A program made the position numbers and the translations under genes. From Lyngbya sp. PCC 8106 (GTDB taxonomy: Bacteria; Cyanobacteriota; Cyanobacteriia; Cyanobacteriales; Microcoleaceae), in assembly GCF_000169095.1 (NCBI RefSeq), contig NZ_AAVU01000034.1, forward strand, positions 54,694 through 78,693: a stretch of 24,000 nucleotides of DNA. Direction: 5' to 3'. The notes under the pieces were generated by a model. The model was not told the origin of the DNA. It worked only from the letters and a program-made list of their open reading frames with translations, and searched no databases. Shown here piece by piece: positions 16,321 to 23,702 of this stretch (the stretch's first letter is position 1; each line of letters starts with the position of its first letter).

Positions 16321-16555
16321 CGCCTACGCGATCGCGGCGAGTTTCGCAGTGCCGGAGCAATTGCTGATGATATACTAAATCCGCCTTAGTAAGCTGTTGT
16401 GCATTTAATCGGTGTCAGGTGTCCGGGTATGTCGTCGCGTAACAGCTTAAGAGGGCATTTGAAAAAGCAGCAGCCTTGCTAGACATAGGATGAAGATATG
16501 GGGACAAGCCCTCTTTGATAACCGGATATGGTATGAGTCTGCGATCGCGTAGGCG
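16321..16555. repeat. 235-bp GC-rich segment bounded by a perfect 15-nt inverted repeat that embeds HIP1 (CGCCTACGCGATCGC / GCGATCGCGTAGGCG)
   Basis: Arms at 16321-16335 and 16541-16555 read directly and are perfectly complementary. Further short stems lie just beyond the right arm (GCAAGCC at 16556-16562 / GGCTTGC at 16582-16588). Confidence 0.6.
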
Positions 16556-16914
16556 CAAGCCGTGCCGCTAGGCGAGTGTGGGCTTGCCCGTATCGCTGAG
16601 TATGCCAATCCAGCAAAAGAAAGGGAGGACTTGATGCTATGGAGCTTAATTGCCTCAAAACTCAAGGTTATAGAAAATTAAAGATTAAATTTAGAATTAT
16701 GGAGATCGGAACTAAAACCCCCTGTTAGATTGGGTTTAGGAAAGGATCGAGGATATAAATTTGGATGCTCGGTGCGACCGAGATCGGCTCATAATGTCTC
16801 ATTAGGTGTCAAGTTTTGGATAGAAAATGGTGAGAATAAATTTAAAGTCTATAGTTATAATGCTTGAATAGAGGAACTTTCAACGCTATCGAATGTAACC
16901 TTCGGGACGAGGGG

Positions 16915-16944
16915 GTCGCAGGTTCAAATCCTGTCATCCCGATT
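16915..16944 (+). other. 30-nt copy of the 3' end of tRNA-Pro (T arm, 3' acceptor strand, discriminator base and 2 downstream nt), not part of an intact tRNA
   Basis: GTCGCAGGTTCAAATCCTGTCATCCCGATT is identical to the reverse complement of 18659-18688, i.e. the 3' end of the full tRNA-Pro gene plus 2 nt. The upstream sequence does not fold into D or anticodon arms. Confidence 0.85.
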
Positions 16945-17150
16945 CTGCCGTTAGGCAGAACAGCAAGTGAACTACCTACGCAGACGCTTCGCTTTCTAGC
17001 GTAGGCTTCCAGCTTCTTGATCAACCTTGGTCGAAGCATCATTAGATTGATCATTGATCGGAAGTTGCCGCACAGAGGACTTTCGTCCTTTGGTTGGTCT
17101 TACACTTTCTCCACTGGCAGTCACCCCCGTCCCAGGGGCGAGGAATTGTC
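16943..17150 (-). ncRNA. Predicted TnpB omega-RNA (reRNA) scaffold overlapping the tnpB 3' end and right end
   Basis: Call by analogy with characterised TnpB systems. Hairpins TTCTGCC-gtta-GGCAGAA (16943-16960) and CCTACGC...GCGTAGG (16975-17005) lie at or after the stop codon. The 5' limit is a guess. Confidence 0.3.
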
Positions 17151-18309
17151 GATCTGGGTCTGCCGCGATAACTCTCAATCCCTCATCTCTGATATTGAGA
17201 GCCGCGTTGATATCACGATCATGTTGGGTGTGACAATGATTGCACTCCCAGTGACGAACATCGAGTGGCAGACTTTGAACAACATTCAGACAAACATTAC
17301 AAGTCTTTGAGGACGGAAAAAACCGATCTATTTCCAGATAGGTTTTTCCGTCCTTTTTTGATTTGTAATCAACAAAGTTTAAGAACCTTCCCCAACCACA
17401 GTCGCTGATTGCCTTGGCTAGATTGTGGTTGCGTACCCTTGCGGGTGAGCCAGTCGCTTCAAGTCGGGTTCCCCGCCCAACGCGCTGGCTCACCATGCCC
17501 TTTACGTTGAGATTTTCAGCAATTATGACTTGATTCTCGTTCACAATTTTGCGAGACAGTTTATGCAGGAAGTCTTGCCTCGCAAAGAAGATTTTCTCGT
17601 GCGCTCTTGCTACCAATTTCCTGGCTTTATTCCGGGAATTGGAACCTTTTTGCTTGCGAGATAATTTCTGCTGCTTTCGCTTTAAATTACGTTCATGTTT
17701 TTTAAAGTGCCGAGGATTTTCGTATTTAGACCCCTCGCTTGTAATCAAAAAGTGGGTGAGTCCCAGGTCTAATCCTATCGCTTTTCCTTCTTCAGAAGTC
17801 TGCGGTTCAGCTTCTTCGTTCTCAAATAAAATTGAAGCGTAATACTTCTCCGTTCTTGTCTTTGTTATTGTGACTGTTTTGATATTGCCATCAAATTTTC
17901 GGTGAATATTGGCTTTGATTTTGCCAATAACAGGAAAACTTAAATGACTGTCAACAATCTTGACGTTCTGAGGATACTGGATCGATTGCTTTTCATGGCG
18001 GCTCTTAAATCGAGGGAACTTGGCTCGACCTTCAAAGAAGTTAACAAAAGCTCTGGAAAGATTTAAAACAGACTGCTGTAAGCATTGTGAATAGGTTTCC
18101 TTTAGCCAGGCTGTTTCTTCTTTCTTTTTTAGAATTGGTAACTGTTTCTTCAGTTGCATTCCTGAGATTCCCTTGCCTGTTTCTTTATAGGCTTGGTTGT
18201 TCAGCTCCAGGCAGTAATTCCACACCCATCGGACAGAACCAAAAGCTTTTGTAAGAGCTTGTTTCTGTTCATCTGTTGGATATAGTCTGACTTTTGCTAC
18301 GTTTCTCAT
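16996..18309 (-). CDS. tnpB: TnpB (IS200/IS605-family OrfB, RNA-guided endonuclease family), apparently intact
   Basis: RuvC D in IGLDLGLTHF, E in IIAENLNVKGM, zinc finger CNVC...CNHC, and D in HDRDINAALNI. N-terminal MRNVAKVRLYPTDEQ is typical of OrfB. No adjacent tnpA. Confidence 0.9.
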   Translation of the reverse strand: MRNVAKVRLYPTDEQKQALTKAFGSVRWVWNYCLELNNQAYKETGKGISGMQLKKQLPILKKKEETAWLKETYSQCLQQSVLNLSRAFVNFFEGRAKFPRFKSRHEKQSIQYPQNVKIVDSHLSFPVIGKIKANIHRKFDGNIKTVTITKTRTEKYYASILFENEEAEPQTSEEGKAIGLDLGLTHFLITSEGSKYENPRHFKKHERNLKRKQQKLSRKQKGSNSRNKARKLVARAHEKIFFARQDFLHKLSRKIVNENQVIIAENLNVKGMVSQRVGRGTRLEATGSPARVRNHNLAKAISDCGWGRFLNFVDYKSKKDGKTYLEIDRFFPSSKTCNVCLNVVQSLPLDVRHWECNHCHTQHDRDINAALNIRDEGLRVIAADPDRQFLAPGTGVTASGESVRPTKGRKSSVRQLPINDQSNDASTKVDQEAGSLR

Positions 18310-18380
18310 TATGCAAATTAGAGCGAATGCAATTTATTATAACTCAATCTGGAGAATTAACAACCTCAAGGGCGATTCAT

Positions 18381-18410
18381 CCCACACTGAAACGCAGTGT
18401 CAGGTGTGGG
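18381..18410 (-). other. Left-end-like imperfect palindrome upstream of tnpB, with two mutually exclusive pairings
   Basis: CCCACAC (18381-87) pairs with GTGTGGG (18404-10). Alternatively ACACTG (18384-89) pairs with CAGTGT (18395-400). Subterminal hairpins like this are the TnpA recognition sites in IS200/IS605 elements. Confidence 0.4.
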
Positions 18411-18660
18411 GCTTCTCGCTGTGAAGCTAATTTAACCAACGTCAAGTTACACTTGATTCCCATTTCTATCCAAAATCTATCCAATAGAATATCTTTAATT
18501 ACCCTCAAAAATCAACATTGACTCAATCATCAACGATGGTAAAACTCTCGTTCTGTCAAACCCACATATTGACAAATCTTGCATCAATGGATTAGTACAG
18601 GATGCAAGTTTGATGCAACGGATACTGTATATCCTCGAAAATTAAATAGTTTTACCCTAA

Positions 18661-18734
18661 TCGGGATGACAGGATTTGAACCTGCGACATCCTGCTCCCA
18701 AAGCAGGCGCGCTACCAAGCTGCGCTACATCCCG
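18661..18734 (-). tRNA. tRNA-Pro (anticodon UGG)
   Basis: Manual cloverleaf: acceptor CGGGATG/CATCCCG, D arm GCGC-agcttggta-GCGC, anticodon arm CCTGC-ttTGGga-GCAGG, variable loop atgtc, T arm GCAGG-ttcaaat-CCTGT, discriminator A. CCA is not encoded. Confidence 0.95.
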
Positions 18735-18883
18735 TAAACTGTACTTTTAGTGTACACCTACATAGTACACTAAGTCAGTTAAAAATAGCAAAATTTACAC
18801 CTCACTCAAAATTTGACCAGATAGGAAGCAAAAGTGATCGGTCTTAGGGATTAGGAGTTAGTCCAGTCCCCAAGATAGCAGGG

Positions 18884-19085
18884 CCGTGCGCGTTGCCCTA
18901 AAACTTGATTTGTTGGGAGGTGGGGAGGTAGTGAGTCCACCCCCGTGCGCGGGTTCCCCGCGTTGAGGGGAGTGGCGAACCCGTGCGCGGGAGGTAGGGA
19001 GGTAGGGAGGATTTTTATTAATAAAAAGCTATTTTTCATGTTGAAAAAATACCTCTCCCCATCACCCCATCACCCCATCACCCCC
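18884..19085. repeat. Repeat-rich spacer: CCGTGCGCG x3, GGGAGGTA x2.75, CCCCATCA x3 plus a C5 run
   Basis: CCGTGCGCG at 18884, 18943 and 18981. GGGAGGTA units at 18989-19010. CCCCATCA units at 19057-19080, then CCCCC. All read directly. Confidence 0.85.
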
Positions 19086-19108
19086 GGCAATTTTTAACTC
19101 GGGAAGCG

Positions 19109-19154
19109 AGTCATCCGCAAGCACCGCCAATTCAGAGGCGGTGAACGGATGACT
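19109..19154. other. Nested 16-bp hairpin (9-bp outer stem, 7-bp inner stem), function unknown
   Basis: AGTCATCCG-caag-CACCGCC-aattcaga-GGCGGTG-aa-CGGATGACT read directly. No adjacent T-run on either strand. Confidence 0.6.
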
Positions 19155-19274
19155 GAGAATGAAACAGCCCTGCCCAAGATAGGGGTGTCCCGTTGTCAGC
19201 AACAGACATTCCCGCACACGTCACTACTCATTGTCTCCCCACTCCCGATACCTGGCGAGTAGAGCCATTAGGAG

Positions 19275-19823
19275 TTAATCTGGATACCAGAACATTCCTT
19301 TAATTCCTTCGGGGTCAGGAATAAAACCCAAATTTCGATAAAAATCTACAACATGGGGGTCAGCAAACAGAGTAATATTGCTGATATCGTCGCTACGGAG
19401 CTTTTTAATAATAAACTTCATCAGAGCTTTACCCAAGCCGCGATTCTGGAAATCCGGATGAACAACCACATCCCAGAGGGTCGCATTGAAAGCATGGTCA
19501 GAAGTCGCACGAGCAAACCCAATCAGCCGTCGTTGCTTGCCTTGGAGTTGCCACATCGAAACCACCAAAAAGCTATATTGGATAGCCTTTTTCACTTTTC
19601 GTAAAGGGCGACGAGACCAACCCACCGCACTGCAAAGTTCTTCTAGTTCATAAAGATCTATATCACGATCTGTACTAAAAAAAATGCGACCATTACTATT
19701 AGTCGATGTGCGAACTGCCTGGGGTGCAGCATTGCTGTCCCCGTTATTATGAACCTCGTAATCTGCTGTCGAGGAACTCGAAGTGGAATTCATACCGCTA
19801 AACAAGTTTTTCCAGAAACCCAT
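19275..19823 (-). CDS. GNAT-family N-acetyltransferase
   Basis: Acetyl-CoA motif [22 protein letters not shown] and C-terminal FYRNLGF. I prefer the start at 19823 (MGFWKNLF), which avoids overlap with the divergent gene. Confidence 0.85.
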   Translation of the reverse strand: MGFWKNLFSGMNSTSSSSTADYEVHNNGDSNAAPQAVRTSTNSNGRIFFSTDRDIDLYELEELCSAVGWSRRPLRKVKKAIQYSFLVVSMWQLQGKQRRLIGFARATSDHAFNATLWDVVVHPDFQNRGLGKALMKFIIKKLRSDDISNITLFADPHVVDFYRNLGFIPDPEGIKGMFWYPD

Positions 19824-19896
19824 GCAGGTGTGGTTAAGGTAGTAGACGTTGAATGACCGTACTAGATAGTATATCTCCCGTACCTTCTCCTCAATT

Positions 19897-20622
19897 ATGG
19901 CTTTGGGCTTAAAATCATCAACATTAGAACTGCTCAAACGCTTCAATCGAGCGTTCCCACAGTTTTATGAGCAATTTGTCAGTAGTGAGATTCAACTGCA
20001 AAATCTCAAACTTGCCTATCAAATTTACAAAACGAGACAGGCTGTCATTGAAATCAAACCCGAGGGAAGTCGAAGTGCCTTGCACTTTGCCTACCGCAAT
20101 CAGTCTTTTCTTCTGAGCGATATTTTTGGTGTTTTGGCAGCTTACGGTTTAACAATCCATAATCTAAGTTTATATGGACAAATTTATCCTCCCATGTTGG
20201 TCTTTATCAAGTTAGTCGTTTCCCGAGGGGGTAAAGCACTAACTGAGAAGACTGCTGATAATGTCTGTCGAGCTGTTCAAGAAGCTCTCGCTGGACATTT
20301 TGAAGTTGAGGAGATGCTCGCGGTAGAATTCAATTTAGATGCAGGTCTAGAAGATGTAGCCACCGAATTTTATGTAGATCCAGTGTTTCACCTCCCCGCT
20401 TTATTAATTGAAGCCGATAACCAGCCTGGTTTATTTTACAAGGTCATGTACGCCATTTGGCAAGAAGATTTGTTGGTAGTCAACGCAAACCTGCTCGTCT
20501 GGCGGGGTCGAACTCGTTTAATTCTTTATCTGCTAGGCCCCAATGAAAGTTTAATTCCTGACTATCTTGGCCAAAAAATTGCTGAAGGAATGCGTCAGCG
20601 ACTCATGGGAGAACGATTTTAA
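19897..20622 (+). CDS. Conserved hypothetical protein, probable tandem ACT-domain protein
   Basis: Two segments resemble the ACT domains of GlnD-type proteins: [23 protein letters not shown]... and [29 protein letters not shown].... The product call is tentative. Confidence 0.55.
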   Translation: MALGLKSSTLELLKRFNRAFPQFYEQFVSSEIQLQNLKLAYQIYKTRQAVIEIKPEGSRSALHFAYRNQSFLLSDIFGVLAAYGLTIHNLSLYGQIYPPMLVFIKLVVSRGGKALTEKTADNVCRAVQEALAGHFEVEEMLAVEFNLDAGLEDVATEFYVDPVFHLPALLIEADNQPGLFYKVMYAIWQEDLLVVNANLLVWRGRTRLILYLLGPNESLIPDYLGQKIAEGMRQRLMGERF

Positions 20623-20963
20623 AACAGGGAACGCCGGATCAGGGAACGCCGGATCAGGGAACAACGATCATTGTAAACTGTAAATTGCCTCTTGCCTTCT
20701 GCCTGTAAAGACTGTTCTGGGGTAGGATGAAGGGATGACAACTCTTGAGATTCAGGGGGTCAAACACACTTACGATTTGACCCCATCAACTTTAAAACAG
20801 GGAACGCCGGATCAGGGAACGCCGGATCAGGGAACAACGATCATTGTAAACTGTAAATTGCCTCTTGCCTTCTGCCTGTAAAGACTGTTCTGGGGTAGGA
20901 TAAAGGGATGACAACTCTTGAGATTCAGGGGGTCAAACACACTTACGATTTGACCCCATCAAC
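20618..20963 (+). repeat. Tandem direct duplication, 2 x 173 bp, one mismatch
   Basis: 20618-20790 and 20791-20963 are identical except G20729 versus A20902. Each copy contains the 15-mer CAGGGAACGCCGGAT x2 plus a degenerate third unit (20625-20669 and 20798-20842), and the first 56 nt of the hydrolase CDS. Confidence 0.95.
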
Positions 20964-21810
20964 CCCTAAACAGGGTTCTGTAATTGTTTTTATCCACGGC
21001 TGGTTGTTGAGCCGTCGCTATTGGCAACCGCTAATTGAGCAGGTGCAACCCCATTACCCCTGTTTATCTTATGACCTACGAGGATTTGGGGATTCTCAAC
21101 TGTCTCCTTCTTCAGTTCAGGGTTCTTTGAGCTATACTCCGGCTTCCTACGCCGCCGATTTAGCCTTACTACTAAAACATCTAAATATTGAGCAAGCTTG
21201 GCTTGTCGGTCATTCTCTGGGGGGAACAATAGCATTACTAGCGGCTGACCTACTTCCCCAACAAGTCAAAGGCGTTATCTGTGTTAACGCTGGAGGCGGA
21301 ATTTATCTTAAAGAAGAATTTGAGAAATTTCGTTCGGCTGGACAACAAATTGTTAAGTTTCGTCCCCGATGGTTGACGATTGTTCCCTTACTTGATATTT
21401 TATTTTCTCGAACTCAAGTCGCTCGTCCCATTGCACGTCAGTGGGGACGTCAACGAGTGATTGATTTTGTCGTCGCTCACCGAGAAGCGGCTTTAGGTGC
21501 TTTATTAGACTCCACAACAGAAGCTGAAGTGCATCGTCTCCCCCAAGTTGTTGCTCGCCTCAAACAACCCGTTTATTTTTTGGCGGGGACAGAAGATAAA
21601 GTCATGGAACCCCAATATGTCCGATATCTGGCGAGTTTTCACTGGATGTTTAAACAGGGAGACGGTAACGTTATCGATATTCCTGACTGCGGACATCTGG
21701 CAATGGTTGAACAAACCGAAGTGATGGCAATTCACATTTTAAGCTTTCTCCAACAACAGGGCGAAACAGTCAATCGTGATCCATCACCCCCAGAAAGACA
21801 AGATAGTTGA
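20908..21810 (+). CDS. Alpha/beta-fold hydrolase
   Basis: VFIHGWLLS (oxyanion HG), nucleophile elbow GHSLGG and C-terminal DCGHLAMVEQ (catalytic His). Confidence 0.9.
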   Translation: MTTLEIQGVKHTYDLTPSTPKQGSVIVFIHGWLLSRRYWQPLIEQVQPHYPCLSYDLRGFGDSQLSPSSVQGSLSYTPASYAADLALLLKHLNIEQAWLVGHSLGGTIALLAADLLPQQVKGVICVNAGGGIYLKEEFEKFRSAGQQIVKFRPRWLTIVPLLDILFSRTQVARPIARQWGRQRVIDFVVAHREAALGALLDSTTEAEVHRLPQVVARLKQPVYFLAGTEDKVMEPQYVRYLASFHWMFKQGDGNVIDIPDCGHLAMVEQTEVMAIHILSFLQQQGETVNRDPSPPERQDS

Positions 21811-21965
21811 TAAATTATCTATGTCTTGTAAACTTCATTAACTGATAATTACCATACACACAATCTCAGAAAAGTTGAGCTAATGGCGACAGCCCCGCGT
21901 TCTATCGAAGATGAACGTCGGGAAGGATAGCCCGACAAATTAAGGACTCGATGTCCGAAATTTTG

Positions 21966-22370
21966 TCAATTAGGAGTTTTTTGATTCTCAACATATTCTT
22001 TTAATTGTGAAACAGTTACACCTCCGCAACTAGCAATAAAATATGATTCATTCCATAAAACTGACTTTCTATAAACATCAGCTAATTCTGGAAATTCAGT
22101 TCTTAAACGACGACTGGTTATAGATTTTAAGTTACCTACAAACTTAGGTAATTCTAATTGTGGGTAATATTGGAAAAGCAAATGAATGTGGTCTGTTTCC
22201 CCATTAACTTCAATCATCTGACAATCCCATTTACGGCGTTCCCATATGATGGTTTGAAGTCGCTCTATTATAGCTCCTGTAAACACTTTACGTCGATACT
22301 TAGTTGTCAAAACCAAGTGGGCTTTTAAGTCTGATATTGCTCTCCCGCTAGAGACAAAATCATCTTTCAT
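21966..22370 (-). CDS. tnpA: IS200/IS605-family Y1 (HUH) transposase TnpA
   Basis: HLVLTTKYRRKVF, HUH motif HIHLLFQ, and catalytic Tyr context LKEYVENQ. The 134-aa size is typical. Confidence 0.9.
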   Translation of the reverse strand: MKDDFVSSGRAISDLKAHLVLTTKYRRKVFTGAIIERLQTIIWERRKWDCQMIEVNGETDHIHLLFQYYPQLELPKFVGNLKSITSRRLRTEFPELADVYRKSVLWNESYFIASCGGVTVSQLKEYVENQKTPN

Positions 22371-22424
22371 GTTGTCACCGTGCCTGTTTTATGTTACAGT
22401 CATTGTAACAGGTCGAGGTTTACC

Positions 22425-23702
22425 ATGATAATTTCTTACCAATATCGTTTAAAACCTAATTACGAACAACGTTGTCGTCTCAACAGTTGGCTAGAAAAAT
22501 TAAGGTGTCAGTACAATTATTTGTTAGCTGATAGATTTGATTGGTGGGAAAACAACAGAAATTACGTTAATTCTTGTCCTTTAGTTTGTAGTATTGCTGA
22601 ACCTAGAGAACAACCAGAATACTATAAACAAAAAAGATCCCTTGTTCAATTAAAACAAGAGCGACCTTGGTATAAAGACATCCATGCTCATGTTTTGCAA
22701 GATATGGTCAAACGAGTCGATCTAGCTTTTAGTCGTTATATCAAGGGAGATAAAAATGGAAAACGTAGCGGTAAGCCTCGATTTAAAGGAAAGAATAGAT
22801 ATCGAACAATTGGGTTTCCTTCTATTAAGCCTGATTGTGTTAACAATAATCATATTACTTTCCCCAAATTAGGCAATATTAAGTTTATTCAACATCGTCC
22901 TTTACCTGATGGGTTGACAATTAAAAGAGCTTTAATTACCCAAAAAGCTGATGGCTTGTATGTAACACTAACACTTGAAGATAAATCAGTTCCTAGCCTA
23001 ACTGTAGATATTCAACCAACAGAAGAAAACAGTTTAGGTATTGATAGTGGTTTAGAGTTTTTTGTTGCTTGCAGTGATTTAACTGCTGTTAAACTCCCTA
23101 AATTCTATCGCCAATCCGAAGATAAATTAGCTAAACTTCAATCAAAAAGAGATCGTAGAAAATTAGGGTCTAAAGCCAGAAGAAAGCTCAACCAAAAAGT
23201 AGCGAAACTTCATCAAAAGATCGCAAGGCAACGTAAACAATGGCACTATGAAATTGCTAATCAACTCTTAGATAAAGCTGATGTCTTATTTGTTGAAGAC
23301 TTAAAGGTATCCAATATGTCTAGGCGAAATCAACCTAAGCAGGGAGAAAATGGAACATTTCTACCTAATGGACAATCAGCTAAATCTGGGTTAAACAAAA
23401 GTTTTGCTGATGCTGGTATCTCTGGATTTCTTAGCGAGATACTTCCTGGCAAAGCTGAAAAAGCTGGCAAGAAAGTAGTTAAAGTCAATCCAAAAGGTAC
23501 ATCTCAACATTGTGCAATTTGTCTTAATCGTGTTCCTAAAGAATTATCAGATCGTTGGCATTCTTGCGCTTGTGGTGCATCAATGTCAAGAGACATTAAT
23601 TCGGCAATATTAATAAAAAAAGTGGGGTTGGGCGTTCGCCTCACTATAAAACGCAAATCTTCTGATAATAAGAAGAGGAGAAGCCAGCGTTCTGTTGCCT
23701 AA
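22425..23702 (+). CDS. tnpB: TnpB (IS605 OrfB, RNA-guided endonuclease family), apparently intact
   Basis: MIISYQYRLKPN start, preferred over the GTG at 22380. RuvC D in LGIDSGLEFF, E in LFVEDLKVSNM, zinc finger CAIC...CACG, and D in SRDINSAILI. Confidence 0.9.
   Translation: MIISYQYRLKPNYEQRCRLNSWLEKLRCQYNYLLADRFDWWENNRNYVNSCPLVCSIAEPREQPEYYKQKRSLVQLKQERPWYKDIHAHVLQDMVKRVDLAFSRYIKGDKNGKRSGKPRFKGKNRYRTIGFPSIKPDCVNNNHITFPKLGNIKFIQHRPLPDGLTIKRALITQKADGLYVTLTLEDKSVPSLTVDIQPTEENSLGIDSGLEFFVACSDLTAVKLPKFYRQSEDKLAKLQSKRDRRKLGSKARRKLNQKVAKLHQKIARQRKQWHYEIANQLLDKADVLFVEDLKVSNMSRRNQPKQGENGTFLPNGQSAKSGLNKSFADAGISGFLSEILPGKAEKAGKKVVKVNPKGTSQHCAICLNRVPKELSDRWHSCACGASMSRDINSAILIKKVGLGVRLTIKRKSSDNKKRRSQRSVA

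Larger units (their letters stand above)
16943..18420 (-). mobile_element. Solo-TnpB IS200/IS605-type element (no tnpA); ends approximate
   Basis: tnpB plus a hairpin-rich putative right end (16943-17005) and a left-end-like structure at 18381-18410. Exact termini cannot be fixed without other copies of the element. Confidence 0.5.

Noticed and set aside
15564-16665. ORFs 15564-15779+, 16193-16378+ and 16447-16665-.
   Set aside because: No ribosome-binding site and no motifs. The last is Ala/Ser/Cys-rich and coincides with the GC-rich inverted-repeat segment. The second overlaps the excisionase-like gene out of frame.
16903-16942. Reading CGGGACG-a-GGGG-GTC-GCAGG-ttcaaat-CCTGT-CATCCCG as a tRNA-like acceptor/T-arm minihelix, or as a tmRNA or split-tRNA piece.
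   Set aside because: The 5' strand pairs with a C-A mismatch and rests on only 6 pairs. There are no D or anticodon arms, no tag-peptide frame and no G-U alanine identity element, so chance complementarity next to a tRNA fragment is more likely.
16842-17054. 70-aa minus-strand ORF containing MTGFEPATPSS.
   Set aside because: That peptide is simply the translation of the tRNA T-arm fragment and the TnpB right-end hairpins, so it is not a gene.
18420-18660. Looked beyond the TnpB left end for the sequence that follows tRNA-Pro (AGGGTAAAAC), to test a simple insertion into the tRNA downstream region.
   Set aside because: Only a 7-nt inverted match (TTACCCT near 18502) was found. That is insufficient to support the model.
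18851-19039. 62-aa minus-strand ORF in the repeat-rich spacer.
   Set aside because: It is composed of translated GC-rich repeats (Pro/Gly/Leu-rich) with no start context.
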